From Eledone cirrhosa (taxonomy: Eukaryota), in NCBI GenBank assembly GCA_964016885.1, contig OZ024747.1, positions 80,104,001 to 80,168,000 of the forward strand: a stretch of DNA of 64,000 bases. The letters are read 5' to 3'. Position numbers and translations under genes: made by a program. Shown piece by piece: positions 42,658-55,795 of this stretch. Numbering within the stretch: the stretch's first letter is position 1; each line of letters opens with the position of its first letter. Under the pieces are notes generated by a model. The model was not told the origin of the DNA. It saw only the letters and a list, made by a program, of their open reading frames with translations, and made no database searches.

Positions 42658-45128
42658 TACTGGAGATCTGTATGGGAAACGGTTGACGGATTCAACAGAC
42701 AAACTAATTGGCTAAAAGAACTGGAACAGGACTACTGCCAACATGTCCAGACAAAACAATATGACATAGATGGGTTAATACTGGAAACAGCTCTACAGAA
42801 AATGTCGAATAGGAAATCGCCAGGCCCAGACCCCATTACAGGATACTGGTTGAAGAATTTCACTTTCTATCGGCAAGATCTCATACGGCTGTTTACAGAA
42901 ACCATTAAAGGCACACAAGAACTGCCCAGATGGTTATCAACTGCCACTACTCTCCTCATTCCCCAAAATAGCCAAACCACCCTTGCTAAAAATTACCGCC
43001 CAATAGCCTGCCAAAACATCATGTATAAATTATATACTGGGTGCCTTAACCTGTTCTTACAGGATCACTGTGCTACCAACAACATCATAACACCTGAGCA
43101 AGCTGGTGGAAAGAGGGAGGTGTGGGGTTGCATAGATCACCTACTAGCTAATAAAATGATTCAGGAAAAAACAACAAAGAATCGTAGAAACATGACTGTG
43201 GTGTGGCTGGACTATCAAAAAGCATTTGATAGTGTACGTCATGGGTGGATTATTAAGGCTTTACAGTTAGCCAAAGTCCTACAACCATTGGTAGCTGCTG
43301 TTGAACGTCTGACCAAGAACTGGTACACCAATTTGATCCTTAGAGGTGAGAAGGAGCAAGTTAAGACTGATAAGATACATTACCAGAAGGGCATCTTTCA
43401 GGGTGATAGCTTGTCAGTGCTACTCTTCGTTCTCTCACTAAATCCACTATCTTACCTACTCAGGAAACAAGGTGGACAAAGAAGTGGGTCCAGAAGTATC
43501 TCCCATCTTTTCTTTGTTGATGACCTGAAGTTGTATGGGCCAAATATCAATGACATCAAGAAACAATTGGACCTCATTACACAATTTTCAACAGACATCA
43601 AAATGAAATTTGGTGAGTCCAAGTGTGCATATTTGGCAGTAAAACGTGGAAGAGCTGTGCCCTCATCTAGAAATCTAGAGATGAACGGCCTGACAATACA
43701 ACCTCTACATTCAGGTGACAACTACAGATATCTTGGACAGGATGAGAATGTCAGATATGTTAGACCCATAGATAAGGAGAGAACCAGAACTGAATACCTC
43801 AGAAGAGTAAAGAAAATATGGTCATCAGAACTGTCAGGGTACAACAAATACATTGCCCACAATACTTATGCTGTGCCAATTCTAACGCCAACATTTGGCC
43901 TGCTGAACTGGTCATTGCAAGAACTAAGTGAGATGGATGTTAGAACTCGCAAACTTCTCAGTGTTACTAGGAACTTTAACATCAATGGTGATGTGGATAG
44001 GCTATACTTCTCACGCAAGGAAGGTGGCCGGATCCTAAAATCCATATTAACATCATATGAGACCCGGATAGTAACACTGAAGCAACACCTTCAACAGAGG
44101 AAAAAGGTTGGCAACCATCTTGCCAAGGTTTATGAGCATGAAAAATAAGTATCATTTGGATAGCCACTGATCTGGAGGAGAGATATGGAATAAAGCCTGA
44201 TATAAATCTCTCACCCAGAGAAATCGGAAGATCCTATTCAATGTCCAAACAAGATGAAAAAATTGACCAATTTACAGAAAAAGTTGTGCATGAATACTTA
44301 AGACGTAAAACACAGACCATAGAGGGGATAAACCACTCAAAAAGCCTGGCATGGAGTTCCGACAAGTTTATGACATCACACCTTGAGGGATATCTCTATG
44401 CAATACAGGAACAAAAACTCCCTAGCAAATATCTGCTGCACAAAAGAGGAGAGCCATCAGCTGACAATAAATGTAGGCTATGTAAAACAAAGATCGAGGA
44501 TGTAAGCCACATTGTTGCCACCTGCGAAAGAATGTCATCTCGCTACTACCTCCCCATGAGACACGATGGGATAGCTAGAACCATCTGGAACGCACTTCGG
44601 AAAACAAAATTAAGAACAAACGAGGAAGAATATATTGAGACAGATGGCACTAAGGAATACTGGTGGAACCTGAAAATAAAAACTGCCACCAAATTAAAGC
44701 ACAACCGGCCTGATATTGTTGGTTGGGACCACACATTGAAAACGTGTTCTGTTGTGGAGATCAGCTGCCCACTTGATGTAAATGTTATCAGAAAAATACA
44801 GGAGAAGGAGGACATCTTCGGACCATTGATGAGGAGTTTACAAATCCAGTATCCAAGATACACCTTTAGCTTCATACCCATCATTATTGGAGCTACGGGT
44901 TATATACCAACCCGCTTGGACCAAAGTATGACTTAACTTGGATTTGCGGACAAAGATGCGCAGCTCCCTAATTCATAGTCTACAAATGGCTGCGATAGCT
45001 GGCACCTACAAAATTTGCAAAACATTCTTGCGATTCAAGGGATGACAATTTCTTTTCTTTTACAACCTTGCCACCAGGAAGGTGACCGGCCCCCAAAAAT
45101 ATACTCGAAATTAAGAGAAAGAGATAAC
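42658..45128 (+). mobile_element. 5'-truncated R4/Dong-like non-LTR retrotransposon (RT, CCHC, restriction-like endonuclease)
   Basis: KSPGPD, YRPIAC, LDYQKAFDSV, GIFQGDSLS, LFFVDDLKLY, CRLC...HIVATC, RHD, RPDIV, VEISCP. Frameshift near 44145 and premature stop at 44936; (TACA)n on both flanks. Confidence 0.9.
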
Positions 45129-45587
45129 TCATATATGTACATACATACATACAATCAGACATACATACATACATATATACATACATACATACACATATAT
45201 GTACATACACACATACATACATACATACATACATACATACATACATACATACATACATGCATACATACATACACTCTTATTTACCTACCTAAGTGCCTCT
45301 ACCACACATATCTCTCTGCCACACTATATAAACAAGACGTACATGCGTGCCACACATATAACATTTGCACTATATAACCACTTATCTTCATGTTGTACTT
45401 TAACCTATATCTTTGATTTTTGATTGTACCTATTAATATAAATGTAATCTCGAAGTGTGTACTGCCACTCTAAATTCTGTAATGAATGTTGACCCACAAT
45501 GTTTGAATATGTATCAATGTTTGAATATGTGTTGGTATGTCTCTCGGCTGAAAAGGAGGTCATATAACTGTCCATGCATTAATAAAT

Positions 45588-45634
45588 TGCTCCGAAGAAT
45601 CCAAACCTCGGTTTGGAGGAAACAGCTGTAAGCA
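45588..45634 (+). ncRNA. Minimal hammerhead ribozyme with U4 changed to C
   Basis: tgct-CCGAAGA-a-tccaaacc tc ggtttgga-g-GAAA-cagctg-TA^agca; palindromic stem III. Confidence 0.7.
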
Positions 45635-46222
45635 CAATAATGTTTTGAACAGTTCTTTGATTCTTATATTTCATATAACTGCTCTGTAAATCATCTGATG
45701 TTTTTACATTGAGCTACTTAACTTACTGGTAATAAGGTAGTAATACATTACTGCCTACCACTATTTAGGGTGTGTGTAAAATACTTACAACTGCTTAAGG
45801 TTTTGTATTTATATAACCATAAATAGTATAACTAATACTACATACATACATACATACATACATACATACAGACAGACATACATACACATATATGTACATA
45901 CATACATTACATACATATATACATATATACATACATACATACATACAGACACATTACACACACATTCACACACGCACATACATACGTACGTACATACATA
46001 CAGACAGACATACAGACACTTATACATACAAACATTTATACACACACACACATATATATGTGTGTGTATATCAATGTATAAATATAGATTTGTAATGATA
46101 TATATCTGTGTTTATCGCAAATAAATAATGTGTATATAATATAAAGGTATGTATGTATATGAGTATGTATGTATATATGCATGTGAGTATGTATGTATGA
46201 ACGTATGTATGTATGTATGTAT

Positions 46223-46653
46223 GGGAGAGATGACCCCTTACCCGGGAGAGATGACCCCTTAGCCATTGTCAAGGCAGAATTCTAGGAGAAGGAAAACTCT
46301 GATATAACACCTGCAGCCCTGATGGTATCCAATGATGTTGACTTGTTCTTCTTTTTGGTAAATATCATCTTGGTTAAGAGAGTGGGACTGGCTTTGTGCA
46401 GTGCCTTTGCTCACTATAAAAGCTTCACGGCACAGGCATTGCTTTATATCTGGAGATCTCTCTGCACTTGTCATCACATGGTACGAAGGGCCCAGCACTA
46501 TGTGTCAATAATTGTCACAAGTGTAGTGTTTGTACCAGAGTTTTCAAGTCGCTGGCTGGACTAAAAAGTCACACTCGTTCAGCGCATCGGTAGGGGTTCT
46601 CCTACATGGATATAAAGTAGTGGCCGTACTCGAAAACGAGTTGGCAGCCACCA
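46223..46653 (+). mobile_element. Family T element, opposite orientation, in (TATG)n
   Basis: Reverse complement of the other copies; the first 18 bp (GGGAGAGATGACCCCTTA) are duplicated. Confidence 0.9.
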
Positions 46654-46996
46654 TGTATGTATGTATACATGTGAGTATATATGTATACATTGCTATTATG
46701 TTCATTTTTATATAGTTTTCACATAGACAAAACGCTTCAGATGTTTTGCTAAAGAAAATATGAATTCATTTAAAGTTTATGCTTTATTTAATGATTATTT
46801 TATGGCTTTGTCCGACGGTCGAGCGTTGTACCCGTGACCCTTTTCAGGAGTTCTGAGAGTGGTGAGAGGTAGAAAGGGGAATAATCTACGTTTGAATACA
46901 ATATTTCAATGCTGGCAGCAGAGTGGACTCCGTTAAAGTCATCTAAGAAGGAGATATGTCATGTAAGGAAAATGAAATTATCATTACTGGAAGTTA

Positions 46997-47103
46997 GGGC
47001 GGTGGATTGGCAGTATCGGCAGATAGTCGGACGCCATGCTTTGCAGCATAAAGTTACGGCTCTTTACGGTCTGGCCTTGTACCAAAAGTAGAAACAATTA
47101 TTA
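46997..47103 (+). mobile_element. Internally deleted SINE family A with TSD ATTACTGGAAGT
   Basis: Head joined directly to tail; TSD at 46983-46994 and 47100-47111. Confidence 0.8.
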
Positions 47104-47111
47104 CTGGAAGT

Positions 47112-47300
47112 CCCATATTTTCACATTGCCACTGGAACTGGTAGATAGCAAAAGGACAGATGGCATCATAACCCCCCCCCCCTTCCCGTTTCGAGATAGT
47201 AAGCCTGACACGATGCGACCTGCAGCGATACTTTCTTCAGCAGTAATTCGGGTATTCAGCATCAAACTTATGTTCTGTTTACCGACATTCTGAAGATCGC
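47112..47300 (+). pseudogene. CRE-like RLE fragment
   Basis: DSKRTDGIIT...PFRDSKP and DATCSDTFF, homologous to the 16440-17500 fragment. Confidence 0.55.
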
Positions 47301-48035
47301 AATCTTTGAAAGTACCAACCACGCTCTCTGATATGTTTATTGTCGAAACCATAGTAATAGAAACGACTGATGTCAGGCATCCCTCAACTAACAGAGATCG
47401 GGATAGAGATGACCATCCACCAGAACGAGCCTCACGAGTTAGACCAGTCCTTTCATCGTATCCCTCTCACTACCCTCCTGGCGAAAGGCCTTCTTTCAAA
47501 CGTCTATATTTTATTTTTTGTTTATTTGATATAATAAATTCTTTTTAAGCTTATTTTTTTTATACCTGAACTTCATTTGAATATATAAAATTTAATTAGC
47601 GTAAAACTTTACTCATGTGATAGGGTCCGGGAAAGGTATCATAAGCAATTTATGCTCCTTTAAGAATCAACAAATGTTGGTTTGTCCCCGTCACATTTTT
47701 AAGGCAAACGAGGCCCCTACTCCTGGGTAACACATTCGTAATTATATAACTCCATTAGCTCTTAGTGGGACTATCCCAACAACCTTTTGGCTTTCCAGAC
47801 CATTTACAAAGAATTTACATTCTAGAGAAAATTGAGAGTGACGTTCAAGGCTTTCTCAAAGTAAGTTCTCAGCATAAATGAACGAATGTGAAATTTCTTT
47901 AGAAAAGATAGGATTTATTATTACCAGTTGTCTTTAATTGGGAACAGTAAACCTCTTTTGCGAGCTCTTACTTTACGTTTCTCACAAATTTGTATTTTTA
48001 CCCCGCATGACGATGTTTATATTCTCTCCTCTTTT

Positions 48036-48095
<60 letters not shown>

Positions 48096-48209
48096 CGCCA
48101 CCACTACTACTACTACTACTACTACTAGCGCTCAAAATTTACATCTGTATGTATAGGTGTAGATATACGCACACACAAAAACACATGCATGTATACTTAT
48201 GTGCGTGTT

Positions 48210-48307
<98 letters not shown>

Positions 48308-48836
48308 CACGCGCACGTAAACATATATAACTTAAAATAAAGCCAAAAAAAATATATATATATATATACACATATTTAAGAAAAAAAATATCAGAATAAA
48401 TTTTTTTTTTTCCTAATTCATAAAAAATTAATGTGGTTTCATCACTAAGGCGGAATTAAAATAAAGATGGAAACGACGTCGAACTGAAATAAAAAAAATG
48501 GAAAAATGATAAAATATATAAAGGAAACAAATAAATAGTTTAATTAACTTTATCATAATTACCAAACGAAATATCGACATGTTTGTGTCGAAAGACGAGA
48601 ATATAATCATCGCTGCAGTGTCATGAATCGATTTTATGTCCGAAGATGGTTATTCCTTTATCTTAGTAATCGATCAGCTTTCGTTCGTTCCTTATTTTGT
48701 ATCGTTCTTCCTTTGCTGTTTTTTTTCCTTCTTTCGTTGCTGTTTTCTTTTCCTTCTTTCTTTGCTGTTTTCTTTTCCTTCTTTCTTTGCTGTTTTCTTT
48801 TCTGTTTTCTTTCATTCCGTTATATTTTCATTTACG

Positions 48837-48926
<90 letters not shown>

Positions 48927-50463
48927 TAATTTTTCATTCTATTTATTTTATTTTATGTTTGTCTTTCTTTTATTTTCTGTTGGTTTATTAGAAAATATTT
49001 CTTTCGTTCTTTTATTCACCGTTTTTTTAATTCTTCTTCTTTTCTTCTCTCTCCCAAGGTTTCTTCCTTCTCTTACATTTTCTTCTTTACATAATATTTT
49101 ACCTTTCTTATGTTATACCACTTTATCATATTTTCAATGGCCTTTCAGTTTCTTTTTTACTTCTTTCATTTCTTATTTTCTTCTTTCGTTTCTGCTTTGG
49201 TTGCCTTTATCTTTTTTAATAATCCATTTATTCCGTGTTTCTTTCTTTCTTTCACCAAAAATTGGCCTCTAGTTTTCCATATCCTTTTTCCAACTAAATG
49301 GGAAATTTCAATTAAGAATTTTTTTGGAGTACAGTATTTAATTCATGGTCGCTCCACTTATCCAATATCTTGCCATTGGCTTGTATAAGTTATTTTCCTT
49401 AACTCATTTTCTTTTTATACCTGACAAGAATTATTCGTAACAATATGTCCCTATGTAAAAATTTCTGTCAACATATGACACACGATTGTGTAGACAATAT
49501 ATACTCGAGATCTAATAATCCGAAACATGTCCATAGTTTTCCTTTATCTGTTAATAAATAACAAACTTTCCTTCCTCGAAGCTTGTAAATCAAATTCGAG
49601 TTTCATTTTTAATCTTTTGATAAAGAATTGCTTCTAGGTTTTTGATTTTGTTTATCAACCTAATAAGGAAGTTTCAATTAATTTGTTCTTGCGTAAGGTA
49701 TTCAGTATATCACCCCTCAATTCATCCAGATTCATGCCATTAGCCTATTTGAGCTATTGCCCTTAGCTAAATATATATTTTATTTGAATCAAGAGACACG
49801 GTCTTCTATATCTTCTTTACAAATTCAACTGATTTTTACAGTTAACAAACACTATATGCTCTCTATTTTGTGTAACATTAAGTTTGTACATTGTACACAC
49901 TCACAAACACGGATACTCTTACTCCAGCATTCTTCAACAACACAGTAAACTCGGATACACACGCATACATAAACATAAGCACATAAATACATACAACTAA
50001 ATGAAACCATGCACACACAGCGCTGCTTGGATATACATCGATACCTGTACATCAGCAAAGAGATATCTCCCCACACAAGGGAATACAGAAGTAAATATAG
50101 ATATTTACGAGTACACATATAACCCACACAAATACACGAACAAACTTACACCTGCACAACTACATACATGTCAGCAATAACTAAGAACACATTGGCTTAC
50201 TCTATGAATTACAAATCACGACGCAGTTACAATTCAGATATCGGGCTGGAATATTGACAGATTCCACGAATGTCTGGCAATAGTATTGACAATTGCACAG
50301 ATGTCTGGCAATAGTATTGGCAGATTCTACAGTAGTCTGGCAACAGTATTGACACATTCGTTCATATCTATCCCCAGATCAGTACCGATTAAGAAGACCT
50401 ATTATCAATGGTATTACAATCCTGACAAACCAACCACTTTTAGACATAATGTACTTAGGTCAA

Positions 50464-50600
50464 AGGCGGTCAATTTGGCGGAGTCGTTAGAGTGTTGCTT
50501 ATTTCTTCCGGGTCTTTGCGTTCTGAGTTCAAACTTCACTGAGGTCCACTTTGCTTTTCATCCCTTCGAGGTCGATAAACAAAGTACCAGTCCAGTGCTG
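50464..50600 (+). mobile_element. Older SINE family A relative
   Basis: GGCGGTCAATTTGGCGGAGTCG...TCTGAGTTCAAAC...GGTCGATAAACAAAGTACCAGT. Confidence 0.65.
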
Positions 50601-51674
50601 ATGCAGTCTTCTCTCCTTCCAGCTGTTACACCTTGAAAGCGAGGGTCGAGTGGGTATCTGTGTCGGCTCGCGACTGTATGAGTATCTAAAGCCCTTAACG
50701 AAAACATGGTGCATATGACCAAATCATACACCTTTGCAAGTGGACTGTATAGTCTAATACATCCTATTTTCCCAAATATGGCACTTTTTTATTTCTTAAT
50801 TTAAAGATGGTGTTGAGAGATGCCATAGTTATGATTATATCTTTTCTTTCATTGGATGATCGTTGCATAGGTTTTTCCAATGTAATAGACAGATTTTGCA
50901 TTCCTATTCTAAAGACGAAAAAATGTATGAAGGAAAAATATTTCAGACAGCGATAGAATGTCTGTCGGAGCATTGCTTTGCGTTATTTAATTTAAGTGTC
51001 CACTTTTCCTTTCGTTCTTCTGCGTGTGATAAACACAGTACCAGTCTACCAGTTCTTGGGTTGTTGATATAATTGAATAAAACCTTGAAAGCTTTGCTCC
51101 AACACGGCTATTGGAATAAAGCCAGTAAAAGAATGACATGTATTTGTTCATACTCTTTACAAATAACAAGAAACAACCCAGTGTCTATGTGATCGGTAAT
51201 AATTTCATTAAAAATTTATCTTGAAGTCAAATAGTAGAATATTTTAAAAAATGATATCATTTGCATTTTCTTGTTTATTTTGCCAATTAGTTACAACGAA
51301 CACCTCTTTTCCCATTTCATCTCCTTCTCTCTTTCTTTCTCTTCTCTTTCTCCCCCTCTCCCTCTTTGTCCCCGCCTCTATTCTCACTCTCTTCCCCTCA
51401 CTCCTCCTCTCCCTCTTTCTCTTCTCTCTCTTTCTCTTCTCTTTCGCATCCTCTCCCTCTTTCTCTTCACTCTCTCCTCCTCTCCCTCTTTATCTCCCTT
51501 TCTTCTCACTACCCCGCCCCTCACACTTTCAGTCTCTCCCCGATAATAATGTTTAAAAGCGGGAAGAGAGAATAAAGTCTTCTCCCCAAAATGTTTTTAA
51601 TGTCTTTCACTAATGTTCGATAAATGTCTCCCTGTTGCGTGGATAGAACCCATATTATCCACATTCCGAATATT

Positions 51675-53679
51675 ACTAGGAACACAGCAGGGTATATATT
51701 AATGTCACTAGGAACACAAAAGGGTATATATTAATGTCACTAGGAACACACCAGGGTATATATTAAGTCAATAGGAACACACCAGGGTATATATTAATGT
51801 CACTAGGAACACAGCAGGGTATATATTAATTTCACTAGGAACACACCAGGGTATATATTAATGTCACTAGGAACACACTAGGGTATATATTAATGTCACT
51901 AGGAACACACCAGGGTATATATTAAGTCAATAGGAACACACCAGGGTATATATTAATGTCACTAGGAACACACTAGGGTATATATTAAGTCACTAGGAAC
52001 ACACCAGGGTATATGTATAAATGTCACTAGGAACACACCAGGGTATATATTAATGTCACTAGGAACACACCAGGGTATATATTAATCTCACTAGGAACAC
52101 ATCAGGGTATATATTAATGTCACTAGGAGCACACCAGGGTATATATTAATGTCACTAGGAACACACCGGGGTATATATAAATGTCACTAGGAACACACCA
52201 TGGTATATATTAATGTCACTAGGAACACAGCAGGGTATATATTAATGTCACTAGGAACACACCAGGGTATATATTAAGTCACTAGGAACACACTAGGGTA
52301 TATATTAAGTCACTAGGAACACACTAGGGTATATATTAATGTCACTAGGAACACACTAGGGTATATATTAATGTCACTAGGAACACACTAGGGTATATAT
52401 TAAGTCACTAGGAACACACCAGGGTATATATTAAGTCACTAGGAACACACTAGGGTATATATTAATGTCACTAGGAACACACTAGGGTATATATTAAGTC
52501 ACTAGGAACACACCAGGGTATATATTAAGTCACTAGGAACACACTAGGGTATATATTAATGTCACTAGGAACAGACTAGGGTATATATTAAGTCACTAGG
52601 AACACACTAGGGTATATATTAATGCCACTAGGAACACACCAGGGTATATATATTAATGTCACTAGAAGCACACCAGGGTATATATTAATGTCACTAGGAA
52701 CACACCAGGGTATATATTAATGTCACTAGGAACACACCAGGGTATATATTAATGTCACTAGGAACACACCAGGGTATATATTAATGTCACTAGGAACACA
52801 CCAGGGTATATATTAAGTCACTAGGAACACACTAGGGTATATAGTAATGTCACTAGGAACACACCAGGGTATATATAAATGTCACTAGGAACACACCAGG
52901 GTATATATTAAGTCACTAGGAACACACCAGGGTATATATATAAATGTCACTAGGAGCACACCAGGGTATATATTAATGTCACAAGGAACACACCAGGGTA
53001 TATATTAATGTCACAAGGAACACACCAGGGTATATTTTAATGTCACTAGGAACACACTAGGGTATATATTAATGTCACTAGGAACACACCAGGGTATATA
53101 TATAAATATCACTAGGAGCACACCAGGGTATATATTAATGTCACTAGGAACATACCAGGGTATATATTAATGTCACTAGGAACATACCAGGGTATATATT
53201 AATGTCACTAGGAACACAGCAGGGTATATATAAATGTCACTAGGAGCACACTAGGGTATATATTAATGTCACTAGGAACACACCAGGGTATATATAAATG
53301 TCACTAGGAGCACACTAGGGTATATATTAATGTCACTAGGAACACACTAGGGTATATATATAAATGTCACTAGGAGCACACTAGGGTATATATATTAATG
53401 TCACTAGGAACACACCAGGGTATATATTAATGTCACTAGGAACACACCAGGGTATATATTAAGTCACTAGGAACACACCAGGGTATATATTAAGTCAATA
53501 GGAACACACCAGGGTATATATTAATGTCACTAGGAGCACACCAGGGTATATATAAATGTCACTAGGAACACACCAGGGTATATATTAAGTCACTAGGAAC
53601 ACACCAGGGTATATATTAAGTCAATAGGAACACACCAGGGTATATATTAAGTCACTAGGAACACACCAGGGTATATATG
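51675..53679. repeat. 32-bp satellite (CACTAGGAACACACCAGGGTATATATTAATGT)n, ~2 kb
   Basis: Head-to-tail units of 31-34 bp without spacers, roughly 60 copies. Confidence 0.97.
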
Positions 53680-54018
53680 AGGGAATATATAATGGATGGT
53701 ATAGACAAACGAAAAACCGAATTTCAATGCGTGGCGACTCATAAAGCATCACAAATCTATGTCTCTCTGTCTGTCTCTCTGTCTCTCTGCCTGTCTACCT
53801 GTCTGTCTGTTGTCTGTCTGTCTGTCTGAGGATAGTAGACGTGTGACATATCGCTCTGTGATTTGGATTTTTACCTGCTAATTTTGTGAGTGGATTTTTT
53901 TGAATTCTTTTGTATAATTAACTGTAACCCCTAGTCTGGGACTCTAGACGTCGGGTAAATATATTTTCACCCCTTTCGGGGTGAAAAATAAATATTTCAG
54001 AAATGTTTATCGATATCG

Positions 54019-55772
54019 TTGATAACGATATCGTCGAAAACGATATCGCCATATTGGAAGCGAACGCCACGCCGACCAAAAAAACAAGCGGGAAAGAGGG
54101 AACAACAGTTCAAACTGTTGAACAACCCCCCCCTCCTCCTCTCCAATGAAAAAAAGAATTTCAATTCAAATGAAAAAATTAATTTTCAAGAAAAAAATAA
54201 CACCACAAATAAGGAAACCAACTACATTACAACAACAAACAAAGACAAAATTTCTTTTGCCCAAACACTCAGGAGAGCCACGGAATACAAAGCCATTGAC
54301 ATCACGAACGCCAAGGAAAATTTGCTAGAGGCTAGAAAATACGTATCTTTTGGGGAGGATGGTTCTTTTACGATCAACTCCCCAGAAGAAGTGCGTCAAC
54401 AGATTTACAAGAATACCGTAAGCTTCAGAACCATAACCAACGAAACGAGAAAGCCAGCGCAATTGACCGAAAGTCAAATCGAGCTGGTTCTGAAAGAAAT
54501 TAAAAATGATATACTCTTTATTCAAAGAGGAAAGCTGTATGCCAGCATTATGGTCCGAATGAAGGACGAAATGCTGGCTCAGAAATATTCGGTGGCACCT
54601 ATAGTGTCACCACAATACACCTTCTTCCCCACATATAAAGGAAGAAGAACTCAAAGGATAAGAATGTGGAGCCCTACGCCAGAAATTAACATCTGGTCCG
54701 TCCTAACAGGATTTACCGACCTAGATAAGGACATACTAATTTCAGCAGGGGAGTCCACCAGTGAACTGTTCGGGGGGAAAAGTCTGGAGGTTCTCTTACA
54801 GATGACACCTGAGAGAATCTCCGGAATACCCGACTGAGTGCTACTGGATGGGCGAACCTACATAAATATCACAGTGGAAGGCAGGAGACCCTCATGTTAC
54901 CACTGCGCTGGCAGAGGTCACCTGAGGACGGCCTGCCCTCTACTAACAACAAAAAAACCACTGCTACAAACACCACAACAACAACAAAAACAACCAGCAC
55001 CACCATCACAAAAACAACAAAATACACTACCATCAACACCAGAACAACAAAAACCAACAACACCACCACCACCACCACAACAACAACAACAACAACAACA
55101 TCAACAACAGCTCAAGAAAACAACCCAAAACACGGTCCCACCCAGCCCCACCCCACAGAACACAAATACAAAAACAGTTCATACACAACCCGGAGATATA
55201 CCCTCCCCTCCAATACGGAAGAAGAGCTCATATCGTCGGAAGACGAGGGGGCTCCCTTCCAAAAAGTGAAAAGAAAAAAACGTACACACACCACAACAAC
55301 AAAAATAACCCCACCTGACAACACAACACAGACAATAAAACGCAAACTCACTCAACAACAACAAGCAAAAACAAACACAACAACACAAAAACTCTACACA
55401 TACATAAACAAAAACAATGAAAACCTAACTTTAAAAATAGAAACCAACCCTTCGATACAAACCGAAGGGCTGAATTTCGTAACGGCAATGGGGCTCCCTA
55501 ACCTGAAAATGGTGAAAATCCCACTTGACATTTTCAAAACTTTAAAAGACATGTACCCTGAGGACGTGGGCCCACCCTGCACCAGGCCACTCAACCGCGT
55601 TCTCCTGAAAGGTTTTCCCCTCCCCTCCTCAAACACCCACACAACTCCAAAGATCCCAACCCCTCCACACACTAATACCCCCACACCACCACAAACCACC
55701 ACCCCACCCATCAACCCCTCCACCAGCCCCATGGAAACTGAGCGACCCGAACCCCGGGACGCAGAGAGGTAA
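54019..55772 (+). pseudogene. Tx1 ORF1 (gag-like zinc knuckle), disrupted
   Basis: CYHCAGRGHLRTAC knuckle; in-frame TGA at 54835-54837 and a frameshift in the Q/T/P-rich region. Confidence 0.8.
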
Positions 55773-55795
55773 GTGCCTCTTTCTTTGCCACCAAC

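Noticed and set aside
51675-53679. CRISPR-like periodicity (32-bp repeat)
   Set aside because: Units are contiguous with no unique spacers, no cas genes are present, and the context is eukaryotic.
54835-54837. In-frame TGA in Tx1 ORF1 as programmed readthrough or selenocysteine
   Set aside because: The copy has other disabling frameshifts, so a nonsense mutation is simpler; no SECIS was identified.
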